DNA of 64,000 nt from contig JBKQMH010000106.1 of NCBI GenBank assembly GCA_052146795.1, positions 390 through 64,389 on the forward strand, in the 5' to 3' direction. Shown here in pieces: positions 19,762 to 28,979 of the stretch. Under the pieces are notes generated by a model that saw only the letters and a program-made list of their open reading frames with translations, made no database searches and was not told the DNA's origin. The DNA comes from Verrucomicrobiia bacterium (GTDB lineage: Bacteria; Verrucomicrobiota; Verrucomicrobiia; Palsa-1439). Both the position numbers and the translations under genes were made by a program. Position 1 is the stretch's first letter. The number at the start of each line of letters is the position of its first letter.

Positions 19762-20304
19762 ATGATGACGGCAGCACGACAGCACGTCGGTATTTTGGCC
19801 TCGGTGATTCTAGCTCCCGCCGTTGTCTGGGGGCAAGTCGGAACCGCGGCAAATTCGCCTTCCGCGCCGACGGCGATTCCGGATGGTTCAGTAACCACGA
19901 ATACATCCGTTGCGGCCCCGGTGCCGGCTCCTCAGCCAGCCGTGGCCGTGCAACCAGCGGAACCGCAACTTGCCGTGCCCCGTCCTGCCGAGGTGGTAAT
20001 TCCATCGGCAACGGCGCCACCGCCCCCTTCGTCGGAACCGATTCCCCCGACACGGGCGATGCCATTGAAGATACCGACGACCCAGGAGTTGCTCACGAAA
20101 TCGATCGCGTCGGCCCCCGGAGGATCGCAGCAGAAACTCAATGCCATTACCTCTTCCGCGCTCACCCTTTACCCCACCAACGAGGCCGCGCCGGCCGTTC
20201 GGGCGATAAGCCCGTCGCAGACCATGACAAACTCACCCTTCAACCAACCCAACATCTGGCAGAAGAACAATCCGCTGCTCAATGGGGTGGATTATCATTG
20301 GTAG
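19762..20304 (+). CDS. Pro/Ala/Thr-rich secreted hypothetical protein
   Basis: Signal-like N-terminus (ILASVILAPAVVWGQ), low complexity, ends NNPLLNGVDYHW. Confidence 0.55.
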   Translation: MMTAARQHVGILASVILAPAVVWGQVGTAANSPSAPTAIPDGSVTTNTSVAAPVPAPQPAVAVQPAEPQLAVPRPAEVVIPSATAPPPPSSEPIPPTRAMPLKIPTTQELLTKSIASAPGGSQQKLNAITSSALTLYPTNEAAPAVRAISPSQTMTNSPFNQPNIWQKNNPLLNGVDYHW

Positions 20305-20490
20305 TGCAGTCTGCCACCCTCGGCGCCCGGGTAACGACGCGGCAGTGGAACGATTGACTGAGAAAATCATTTGTTACGCGTTCGTTTCTTGACAAACCGG
20401 CACAAGGGGGTCAGCTTATGTTCGTTGGGTTGGCGCAGGGGGATAAGATCCGGGTTCTGGGCTGCGCTGCACAAGGAGGCCGAGACGCCT

Positions 20491-20961
20491 ATGGCAGAGA
20501 CCATACTGGTCATTGACGACGATCCGGCGATGCTTGATTTTCTCAGGCAACGCCTGGGCCCCGAGGGGTTCACTGTATCTACCGTTACGTCCAGTCAGGA
20601 CGGCATCGATCAAGCCAACATCCTCCTGCCCGATTTGATCCTGCTCGATCTGCGCATGCCGGCTCGGGACGGCGTGACCGTGTGCAAGCTGCTGCGTACC
20701 AACCCAAAGACGCAGCACATCCCGATCATCGTGGTTACGGGAGCTCTCTCGCCGTCACATCTTCGGGAGGCGATGGCCTCCGGTGCTGATGACTTTGTGT
20801 CCAAGCCCGTCGACCCGACCGACCTGCTGATCCGGATCCGGGCGATGCTCGAGTGCCGGACGATTGAGGACCGCGCGGACCGTTTCGCGCGGTACACGGA
20901 GATCACCCGTGAGGCCGCCCGCACGTACTCTCATCGCCATCCGCCTGCCGGCAAAGAATGA
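20491..20961 (+). CDS. Single-domain response regulator with a short helical tail
   Basis: ILVIDDD, PDLILLDLRMP, GADDFVSKP; AAGGAGG RBS upstream. Confidence 0.9.
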   Translation: MAETILVIDDDPAMLDFLRQRLGPEGFTVSTVTSSQDGIDQANILLPDLILLDLRMPARDGVTVCKLLRTNPKTQHIPIIVVTGALSPSHLREAMASGADDFVSKPVDPTDLLIRIRAMLECRTIEDRADRFARYTEITREAARTYSHRHPPAGKE

Positions 20962-20988
20962 CGGGTGGGTGCTCTCCTCGCGCCTCGG

Positions 20989-21387
20989 TTACCGGGGGAT
21001 CCGCGTGATCTGATGGCCGCTGATGTAGTCGGTGTAGTCAATCCCGATGGCCCATTGCAACAGGGCCAGGCCGAGGAGCAGAATCGCCAGCGGCAACAGG
21101 GCGTAGGCGGCGAGGATTTCCAGCCGGCGACGCGACACGGAACGGACCGTCGGCACGCCGGCCGGCTCGCCCGACACGTGGTACTCCTTCCAGTATCGAT
21201 AATACTTCAGGCGCCAGTCATAGGCTGCGGCGAGCACGCCGATATCGCGTCCGGCCTTTTCGCTTTCCAGCCATTTGTGCCGAAGGATTTCTTCTTTCGG
21301 CGGCGCGGGTGTTCCAAACAGATCCGTCAATAACTCGTCCAGGTCATTAATGGCACTGGCCGTTTCAGTTTCCGGTAATAGATGCAT
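20989..21387 (-). CDS. DUF4032-like small protein with C-terminal TM helix
   Basis: EEILRHKWLESEKAGRDIG...AAYDW motif; family assignment from memory. Confidence 0.55.
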   Translation of the reverse strand: MHLLPETETASAINDLDELLTDLFGTPAPPKEEILRHKWLESEKAGRDIGVLAAAYDWRLKYYRYWKEYHVSGEPAGVPTVRSVSRRRLEILAAYALLPLAILLLGLALLQWAIGIDYTDYISGHQITRIPR

Positions 21388-21560
21388 GTGAATTTCCCCC
21401 ACAGATGAATGTTGACACGTCGTTCTCGTTGCACGGCTTTCCTCCTTATGGCAGGCATGAACACGTTTCATGCCGGGGCGGATTTTGTGAGGGAAAGCGG
21501 CGCGGCGACTGGCGAAATGTTACCACGCTGGTTCGCCTGAGACAGACAAGCCGGGGAGGT

Positions 21561-22109
21561 TCAGTGTTGGGATTGGGGCGCGGTTTCTGGGACTGAATCC
21601 TTGCGGGTCAGTGCATTCTTGACGGAGTCGGGGAGTTTGTCCGCGTTGGCCAAGAGCAGACTGACCTGCCAGAGTTGATCGTCTTTGAGGGTGCTGTGGA
21701 AACCGGGCATGCCGGTCAGCCGAATCCCGTTCGCCACCTTCCAATAGGTCTCGCCCGGCTCGTCGTCGGTCACGCCCTTGCCGTGGAACAGTTGGGGAGG
21801 ACGCGGGTACATTCCTGCGGCGATGGCGGTCCTGGATGCGCCGGGCAGTCCGTGACACACCGCGCACTGCTCCTTGTACACCGCCGCGCCCGCCAGCAGG
21901 TTCGTCTCCGATGGTTCGATGGGGACGGTCTTCGGCATTTCTTTCTCGATGCGGGCGTCGAGGGCTTTATGCGCCAGCATCTTCTCGAACGGCATCGGCG
22001 GGGCCGACGTCGCCACGGGAGCGTAGCCGCCGGCGAAATAGAGGTAAACGCCAACGGGAATGAGCGAGAAGCCGATGATCACTCCGATCACAAATATAAA
22101 TTTCTTCAA
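21561..22109 (-). CDS. Membrane-anchored c-type cytochrome (mono-heme)
   Basis: CAVCHG heme motif, MYPRPPQL, GIRLTGMPGF; TTG start inferred. Confidence 0.85.
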   Translation of the reverse strand: MKKFIFVIGVIIGFSLIPVGVYLYFAGGYAPVATSAPPMPFEKMLAHKALDARIEKEMPKTVPIEPSETNLLAGAAVYKEQCAVCHGLPGASRTAIAAGMYPRPPQLFHGKGVTDDEPGETYWKVANGIRLTGMPGFHSTLKDDQLWQVSLLLANADKLPDSVKNALTRKDSVPETAPQSQH

Positions 22110-22272
22110 GAGGTTCCGCCTTTCTTGGTCTGACGATTTGACTCGTCCATGCTCCCACAGAGAAATGGGCAGTGCCAGAACAAATCCGGCGGCAAGGGCA
22201 GACCCCTTGGATTGCAAGGCGTTGACCTTTGCGAGCGTCTGAGGTAAGCTGTGGGTCAACTCGGAGGCAGTT

Positions 22273-22452
22273 ATGGCAAAAAGCATCAAGTGTCTGGACG
22301 TCGGCGTGGATTGCGACTTTGAAGCGCGCGCCGAGAATGAGGCGGAGTTGATGAAGAAGGTGGCGGAGCACGCGCGGACGGCGCATGGGATTACGCAAAT
22401 CCCTGCGGAGTTGGTGGCGAAGGTGAAGTCAGCCATCCGCGACGTGAAGTAG
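22273..22452 (+). CDS. DUF1059 small metal-binding protein (59 aa; below the ORF track cutoff)
   Basis: MAKSIKCLDVGVDCDFEARAENEAELMKKVAEHARTAHGITQIPAELVAKVKSAIRDVK; GGAGG RBS. Confidence 0.85.
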   Translation: MAKSIKCLDVGVDCDFEARAENEAELMKKVAEHARTAHGITQIPAELVAKVKSAIRDVK

Positions 22453-22618
22453 TTTTTTCCCCTGCGAGGGGCGACACCTCCTGGAGACTGTGAGCGTCAG
22501 CTACGCGCTCGGCCTGTGCGGTGTCACCTGGCGGGGGTGTCAGACTTGAAATTGCGAAAGTGGATTGGACTGAATGAAGCGAGTGGTCGCGGGGCGTACG
22601 TCATGGGAGAAATATCGG

Positions 22619-24088
22619 ATGAAGACCAGAATTTTTGTACTTAACCCTCTTGTTTGTGGCCTGGCCGCCGCGTTCGTGCTCGGCGCCGTATCCGCTAGTG
22701 CCGCAACGGATCCGTTTGTCCCCTTCCCCAACAATTCCACGCATACCGCCGCCGTCGTGGCGGCGGCCATTGCCAACGTGCCCACGAACGTGGGTGTTGT
22801 TTTCGATGCCAATGGCCAGACCAATGACATCCAGATCTGGAACTTCGGCAGCGGGATCTACACGGGAGTGGTCGACGTTTCCTCGACGCTGCAACGGATC
22901 CGCAACGGCCAATCCGTGGCGAATACCGAATCCGATGACGGCGGCTTCTTCAATTTCAATTCCCCCGAGTTTCCCAATATCCCGCGGATGGGAAACAATT
23001 ATTACATGGAGTTCATGGTCTGGCCGTTTCTGAACCTCGCCGCCGGCACCTACAACACCTCGAATGCGTATGGTTCGATGACGTATCCCGGGGCGATGCG
23101 GCTGCTGATCGGTCTCGGGGGCGAGGTGTATTTCACGGGCGACCACTACGGCGAGGACGGCCCGCAGCAGAACGCCTACTATTTGAACCCATTACCCGGC
23201 CAGGCCTTCGGGAATAGCTGGACCAACGCCGTCAGTGGCAAATGGGAAAATGCGACGAATTGGAACTTCAGCGTGGGCGCGCCATCGGCGGCGCCGTCGA
23301 ACTGCGACCCGGCGGACCTGATTACCAACGCCGGCAACAAGACGGTCACGCTCGATGCGGTCACAGCGTTCCGTAAGACAAACCTGCCGGTAGTCGTCAT
23401 CAACAACCTGGTTCTATCGGCGCCGAGCGGCTCGGTCAACACGGTTGTATTGACCGCCGGCTTCACGAACACGCTGCAGATCGCGTCCAGCTTCTCCCTT
23501 CTCAGCGGGGGTTCGCTCACCGTGGCCGGTGGCTCCATCACGGTGAACAACGGGCTCACAATCGATGGCGGAGCCCTCTTGAGCGGGGGCACCGTAACCG
23601 TGTACAGCAACCTCGTCGTCGGCGATTGTGGGGCGGGCGTGACGGGCACGGTGTCCGTCGCCGGCGGCAGCCTGTACGTCACCAACAGCACGCAGACCGG
23701 CGTGTTGAACGTGCAAAATGGCACGTTCACGATCAGCAGCGGAGTACTCCAGGCCGACAACTTGGTGATCACCAACCCTTGCGCGCAGTTCTTTCACACC
23801 GGCGGAACGCTGATTGTCAGCAACGTGGTTTTGAACCCGAACCTGTTCCAGGTTCTGTCCGTCGCCCCGCAAACCAATGGCATGCTGGTTACGTGGCTGA
23901 TGGGGCCCGGGGCGATCAACGCGCTGCAGGTCACCAGCGGGGATGCCAACGGCAATTACAACACAAACGGTTTCACCGACATTTTCGCGGTGACGAATAA
24001 TCCGAGTCTCGGAACAATCACTAGCTACCTTGATCTCGGCGCGACGAATGGCCCGACGCGGTATTACCGTGCGCGCCTGGGTCTGTAG
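22619..24088 (+). CDS. Secreted protein: RNase Sa/barnase-like domain, beta-rich passenger repeats and putative C-terminal sorting domain
   Basis: Signal peptide; STLQRIRNG...DGGFFN...YYMEF...MRLLIGLGGEVYFTGDHY; Gly/Thr/Asn-rich repeats; ends YLDLGATNGPTRYYRARL. Confidence 0.7.
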   Translation: MKTRIFVLNPLVCGLAAAFVLGAVSASAATDPFVPFPNNSTHTAAVVAAAIANVPTNVGVVFDANGQTNDIQIWNFGSGIYTGVVDVSSTLQRIRNGQSVANTESDDGGFFNFNSPEFPNIPRMGNNYYMEFMVWPFLNLAAGTYNTSNAYGSMTYPGAMRLLIGLGGEVYFTGDHYGEDGPQQNAYYLNPLPGQAFGNSWTNAVSGKWENATNWNFSVGAPSAAPSNCDPADLITNAGNKTVTLDAVTAFRKTNLPVVVINNLVLSAPSGSVNTVVLTAGFTNTLQIASSFSLLSGGSLTVAGGSITVNNGLTIDGGALLSGGTVTVYSNLVVGDCGAGVTGTVSVAGGSLYVTNSTQTGVLNVQNGTFTISSGVLQADNLVITNPCAQFFHTGGTLIVSNVVLNPNLFQVLSVAPQTNGMLVTWLMGPGAINALQVTSGDANGNYNTNGFTDIFAVTNNPSLGTITSYLDLGATNGPTRYYRARLGL

Positions 24089-24134
24089 TCTCTCTCAACG
24101 CGCGCCGGCTGGTTGCTCGGACACGGCGACGAAT

Positions 24135-24602
24135 TCAGGCTTGTTTACTTCGTTGCTGAAGCGCCTTGAGGTACTCCAGTGCCGAGCGTTTACGGGGATT
24201 GGGATCGGCCGCGGCTTCCTTGGCGGAAATCAACGTCGGCAGATCGAGAATAGCCACGTGCTCGCCACCAACGTTCATCAATTGGCGATGTGACGTTGCC
24301 TGTTCGTAAGTCCCGACCCCCATGACCTCGCTGAGGATATCGAGATCGCCATACTTCGTGTTCAGGGCGAAGACCGGCTGCCGCTGGAGCACAGAATCTG
24401 ACAGTGGCTCGTCCCAGCGCGCCCCGATTTCGTGAAGGGCGGCCAGTAATCGCTGACGATTCGCGGGTGTGTCCGCGTAAAGGATGTCGAGGTCGTACGT
24501 CTGCTCCGGGCAACCATACAGCGTGGCGGCGAATCCGCCAATCGTGATGTACTCGACCTTGTGGTGGTTCAGCGCCTCGATGATTTTTCGCGGATCGAAC
24601 AC
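24135..24602 (-). CDS. Nucleotidyltransferase-superfamily protein (minimal NTase type)
   Basis: YITIGGFAATLYG...TYDLDIL, GDLDIL, LISAKEAA. Confidence 0.75.
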   Translation of the reverse strand: MFDPRKIIEALNHHKVEYITIGGFAATLYGCPEQTYDLDILYADTPANRQRLLAALHEIGARWDEPLSDSVLQRQPVFALNTKYGDLDILSEVMGVGTYEQATSHRQLMNVGGEHVAILDLPTLISAKEAAADPNPRKRSALEYLKALQQRSKQA

Positions 24603-24751
24603 AGCAGGCGCTGCTCCTTGGCTTTGCGATCAATCTGGGGCCATTGGCCGCGGGCCTCGACTTCGCGGAGCGCGGCCATCAGGGTTTCGACGCGCTCGTC
24701 GGGCGTCTTGCGGAGGTTCCGCCGAATGGTTTCATCGAGGTGCAGGTCCAT
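24569..24751 (-). CDS. Small partner protein upstream of the NTase (antitoxin-like)
   Basis: MDLHLDETIRRNLRKTPDERVETLMAALREVEARG; overlaps the NTase start. Confidence 0.5.
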   Translation of the reverse strand: MDLHLDETIRRNLRKTPDERVETLMAALREVEARGQWPQIDRKAKEQRLLCSIREKSSRR

Positions 24752-24851
24752 ACTACAAAGTGTACCAGTTTGTGGGCGGAGACACAAGAACCCTGCTGCG
24801 TGACCACCGGGTGTAAGAGTATTGGGCAATGCCTGTTTGACTCCAACAGAA

Positions 24852-25380
24852 CGCAGGCTGAAGCCTGCGGCTACATGGGATGGAACCGGACGGACACGGC
24901 GGCAAGCGGGCTGGCTGCCAGACAAAACGGATGGCTACGGGGTCCGCTGCCCTACAAGGACAGCGGTCGAGCAACCCCGGACCGCGGTCGGCGCCCGCGG
25001 CTACAACGGCAACAGCGCAGACGGCGCTTGGCAAGCACGGCCACAACGGCGCGGCGCGATACCCGCCTGAGGTGGGCAAGCCTGAACGCTCTTCGATGCT
25101 CTAGGGTAAACCCTTCGACGCTGCTCAGGGCAGGCAGGCATCGCGCCCCACAATTCGGAGGGGATCGTTCCTCGCGCAGGAGGTGGTATCGTGTTTTGGA
25201 GTTGACAATCCATCCTAGTATGATATACGGTTGTGCATGAGTTGGTGTTTATCGGTATTGGGGTTGGTCTGAAACACGAAATGCTTGGGTAAGGCAGGAA
25301 ACGACAGAGATGCTTCGATGGATTCGACCCATTCGACGGGTTCGGCAGGCTCACCGCAGGCCCTTCGACAAGCTCGGGGC
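24852..25380. repeat. Mosaic of REP-like palindromes
   Basis: CGCAGGCTGAAGCCTGCG palindrome (24852-24869); CCCTTCGACGCTGCTCAGGGCAGG (25111) and CCCTTCGACAAGCTCGGGGC (25361). Confidence 0.65.
25202..25229 (+). promoter_or_regulatory. Sigma70-like promoter facing the repeat cluster
   Basis: TTGACA-16 nt-TATACG. Confidence 0.45.
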
Positions 25381-25419
25381 GGGCGGGGCATACAGGGGGA
25401 AGAGCCCGAAAGGGAGGAA

Positions 25420-25680
25420 ATTACGAAACGAACCCAATTTTATGCACGGCGGGTTGGCTTTTTGTAATTGGCTTTGGGAAAACGAAGCCAATTGCCGCAT
25501 ACGGCAGGGGCGTCGACGGCTTCGGGAGACCATGGGCTGCGCGAAAACACGCTTTCTGCCAAACGAAGCCAATTATAATGGACAAATATTTGGCTATTGT
25601 GTCGTTGTGGGACAATGAGTTATGGCGATAAGAGGGTTAAATTTGGGTTGGCTTCGTTTTGTCAAAATTGGCTTCGTTCG
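25420..25680. repeat. Cluster of AAACGAACCCAA/AAACGAAGCCAATT repeats in both orientations
   Basis: Direct copies at 25426, 25480, 25561; inverted copies at about 25645-25660 and 25666-25678; perfect 9-bp inverted repeat 25466-25493. Confidence 0.8.
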
Positions 25681-25890
25681 CCCCCGCTCACGAAGGCCTA
25701 CGGCCCGCACGACGTGCGTCCGGTTGCCGCAGACGACAGCGTCGTCTCGAGGACTCGGCTCCGCGGCTGCCCTCGCCGCTCTGCTCGGCTTCGTTTGGGG
25801 GGTGGACGGCCCGATTGTGGGGTCGGACCGCTGGCACATCGGTCAAATGGGCGTAAGTTATACGAGTAGGATCGACGGGTTACGAAGGAC

Positions 25891-27177
25891 ATGACACGAA
25901 CTAGGCAATGGATGGTGGTGGGGCTGTGCGCTTTGATGGCGCTGGGTTGTGGGACGGTCGCCAAGACCCTGGTGATGAACAATCCCAAGGTCGAGAAGAT
26001 ACTGACGCCGCCCAAGCCGGACCACACCATCGAGCACGTGGGTCGGGTGGAGTACGTGGGCGACGCCGATGATCGGATCACCGTGCTGTACGTGACCGGC
26101 ACGCCGTACGAGATGGGGTACGAGCAGGGCCGATTGCTGGCCGATCAGGTGCGCGCCACCATTCGGGACGTGCAGGCGGGGGCCGACAAATTTTTGCCAA
26201 AGGAGTTGCGCAACTCGAAGCTGATCTCGCAGCGTGCCAAGGATGAGATCATCGGGGAACTGCTGCAGCGCGCGTGGGACATGATGGGGCGGTACGCGCC
26301 GAAGGAAGACCTCGAAGAGATGGCGGGTCTGGCGGCGGGCAGCGGTGTGCCGTTGGATCTGATTCACCAGATGCACGCGATTCCCGATGTCGGCGAGTCG
26401 AGTTGCAGCGGGATGGTGGCCAAGGGCAGCGCGACACGGGACGGGCATGTGTACCAGTTGCGCATTCTCGACTATGGCGCGAATTTCAATTTGCAGCGGC
26501 GTCCCCTGATCACGGTGTATCGTCCGACGACGGACAACGCGAACCAGTATGTGACCATCGGCTGGGTCGGGTTCGTCGGCGCGGTCTCGGGCGTCAACGA
26601 GAAAGGCGTGGCGCTGAGCGAGATGGGGTTTGGCAAACCGCCGGGTGGCAAGACGCTCGCGGGCACGCCGATGCCGTTCCTGTTGAAGAACGTGTTGCGC
26701 TACGCCAACTCCGCCGACGAAGCCGCGGCGATCATTCGCGCGGTGCGGCGGACGAATTCGTACGTTTATTTTCTGGGGGACAAGCGCGACGATCCGATTG
26801 GCATGGTCACGTCCGCGCAACGATGTCTGACCTATCACGCCAACGAAAGCGATACGCTGGTCGTGGATGGGGAGACGCTGCCGCAGTTTCACGATGTTGT
26901 GTACGGCGGTCACTACGAGGACAAGCAGGCGCGACTCGTCAAGGAGATGGAGGGCAAGATCGACGTGGGCGCGATCCAGGAGTTGGCGCGGCAAATTGCC
27001 ATGAAGTCGAATTTGCAAACGGTGATTTACGATCTGACGGGCGACAAGATTTGGGTGGCCAACCGCAAAGACAACGTGCGCGCGGCGGACCGGCCGTACG
27101 TGGAATTTTCACTGGCGGACGCGTGGAACAAGTCGGCGCAGGCTGCGGGCGCGGCGCAACTCCGGGCGGCCAATTGA
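25891..27177 (+). CDS. C45-family (Ntn-hydrolase) acyltransferase/peptidase, probable lipoprotein
   Basis: GTPYEMGYEQG, SSCSG nucleophile, QLRILDY, SGVNEKGV; lipobox-like LMALGC. Confidence 0.8.
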   Translation: MTRTRQWMVVGLCALMALGCGTVAKTLVMNNPKVEKILTPPKPDHTIEHVGRVEYVGDADDRITVLYVTGTPYEMGYEQGRLLADQVRATIRDVQAGADKFLPKELRNSKLISQRAKDEIIGELLQRAWDMMGRYAPKEDLEEMAGLAAGSGVPLDLIHQMHAIPDVGESSCSGMVAKGSATRDGHVYQLRILDYGANFNLQRRPLITVYRPTTDNANQYVTIGWVGFVGAVSGVNEKGVALSEMGFGKPPGGKTLAGTPMPFLLKNVLRYANSADEAAAIIRAVRRTNSYVYFLGDKRDDPIGMVTSAQRCLTYHANESDTLVVDGETLPQFHDVVYGGHYEDKQARLVKEMEGKIDVGAIQELARQIAMKSNLQTVIYDLTGDKIWVANRKDNVRAADRPYVEFSLADAWNKSAQAAGAAQLRAAN

Positions 27178-27211
27178 CACGGCGTGACGATTTGATAGGG
27201 TTCACAACGAA

Positions 27212-27715
27212 ATGAAAACATTCCGGGCCAAGGTTTTGATGGTGGTGCTGATGGGGGCGGGTGTTGCGTCCATCGGCTATTCGCAAACGGCGCCGAAGGA
27301 CGTCCTTCCGCAGAACAACGTTCCGCATCCGCCGGTGTCGCCCACGTTGAACGTCCTGACCCCGGACAATGTTCCGATGCCATCGCCCGTGCCGACGGCG
27401 ATTACGCCGCAGGCATCGACACCGGCGGCGCCAATGGTTCCGCAATTGCCAACGCCCGGTGTGGTGGAAACCAACAAACTGCAAGCGCCCGCGAACGGCG
27501 AGCCCGTTGGTTCTGGTCCGAAACAATCGTCGCTCTGGACGCAAACGAACGCGGCGCCATCGTCGGCTTGGGGAAAGACCGCCGTGGCCGGCAGCACATC
27601 GCCATCCGCCGCCAAGCCCGTACCCGATCCGTGGTCGACACCGCCGCCGAACACGCGTTTGTGGGATTCCACCATGCCGCTGGGTTCTTCGGGGACGAAG
27701 ACCGACTGGAAGTAG
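27212..27715 (+). CDS. Pro-rich secreted hypothetical protein
   Basis: Signal peptide MKTFRAKVLMVVLMGAGVASIGYSQ; low complexity. Confidence 0.55.
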   Translation: MKTFRAKVLMVVLMGAGVASIGYSQTAPKDVLPQNNVPHPPVSPTLNVLTPDNVPMPSPVPTAITPQASTPAAPMVPQLPTPGVVETNKLQAPANGEPVGSGPKQSSLWTQTNAAPSSAWGKTAVAGSTSPSAAKPVPDPWSTPPPNTRLWDSTMPLGSSGTKTDWK

Positions 27716-27767
27716 AAGCACGGTCGCCACCGCTGCCGGAGTTTTGGTACACTGCCACGGATTTTAT

Positions 27768-28907
27768 ATGGTTCCGCAATCGTATTACCGCTGCTGGGTG
27801 GAGGTCGATCTCGACGCGCTACGCCACAACGTCTCCGCCATCCGCCGCCGCATCCGGCCGAGCGTGAAACTGATGGCGGTGGTGAAAGCCGATGCCTATG
27901 GTCACGGCCTGGCGCAGGTCGCGAGCACCTTGATGCAATGCGGCGTCGACGCGTTCGCCGTCGCCAATTTATCCGAAGCGTTGCTGCTGCGGCAAATTGG
28001 CGGGACCGGCTGGCCGATTCTGTTGTTCGGTTCGGCGCTGCCATTTGAAGTGGCGAAGATGATCGAACAAAACGTCACGCCCACGATCTCGACGGTCGAG
28101 GAGGCGCAGTTGTTCGAAGAAGAGGCGCGTCAACGTGGCAAGGTTGTGGACCTGCACATCGAGATCGATACCGGCATGGGGCGCGTCGGGTTTTGGCATG
28201 AAGAAGCCATCAAAACCATTTTGCCGATGACGGCGCTGCGGCACGTGCACATCGCGGGATTGTACACGCATTTCCCGTCGGCGGATGAAAATCTCGCCGA
28301 GACGCGGCACGAGTTGGCTTTTTTCCAGAAGGCGGCCCAGAAACTGGCGAGCGAAGGGGTCAAGATTCCCCTGCTCCACACGGCCAACAGCGCGGCGGTA
28401 CTGCGGTTGCCCGAATCTCATCTCACCATGATCAGGCCGGGGCTGCTGCTCTACGGGATTTGCCCGACGAAGGCGCTCGCCGGTGAGTTTCGCCCCGTTC
28501 TTTCGTTCAAGGCGCGGGTGGCGTACGTCAAAGGCGTCGCCGCCGGCCGCACCGTGAGTTATGGCCAGACGTTCAAGGCCAGGAAACCAATGCGGATCGC
28601 CACCGTCACCGCTGGTTATGCTGACGGATTCAGCCGTCATTTGTCCAACAAAGCGGAAGTGCTCGTTGGCGGAAAGCGCTGTCCCGTGGTCGGTCGGGTG
28701 ACGATGGACCAGATCATGGTGGACGTGACGCGGGTGCCCCATGTGCAGTGTGGCGATGAGGTGGTGTTCATCGGTCAACAAGGCGACGCACGCATCACGG
28801 CCAGCGACATGGCGCGTTGGGAGGACACGATCCCGTGGGAAGTGCTTTGTGGCATCACCAAGACCGCGCGTGTCCCCCGCATCTATCGCGGGGTTGCTGC
28901 CGCGTAG
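27768..28907 (+). CDS. alr: Alanine racemase
   Basis: AVVKADAYGHG (PLP lysine), IDTGMGRVG, HTANSAA, VSYG, GRVTMDQ. Confidence 0.96.
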   Translation: MVPQSYYRCWVEVDLDALRHNVSAIRRRIRPSVKLMAVVKADAYGHGLAQVASTLMQCGVDAFAVANLSEALLLRQIGGTGWPILLFGSALPFEVAKMIEQNVTPTISTVEEAQLFEEEARQRGKVVDLHIEIDTGMGRVGFWHEEAIKTILPMTALRHVHIAGLYTHFPSADENLAETRHELAFFQKAAQKLASEGVKIPLLHTANSAAVLRLPESHLTMIRPGLLLYGICPTKALAGEFRPVLSFKARVAYVKGVAAGRTVSYGQTFKARKPMRIATVTAGYADGFSRHLSNKAEVLVGGKRCPVVGRVTMDQIMVDVTRVPHVQCGDEVVFIGQQGDARITASDMARWEDTIPWEVLCGITKTARVPRIYRGVAAA

Positions 28908-28979
28908 GTTTTCTTTGTTGGGGGTAATTTGCCAACGCGCTGCTCCGGGTTTATGTTGGGCAACGAGCAAAGGAGGCAT

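Noticed and set aside
25310-25618. ORFs with repeated NEPN/NEAN or TKRTQ/TKPI peptides
   Set aside because: Better explained as translations of the AAACGAA(C/G)CCAA DNA repeat; several frames give equally poor proteins.
25420-25680. Possible CRISPR array
   Set aside because: Repeats are short (13-20 nt), in mixed orientation and irregularly spaced; no cas genes.
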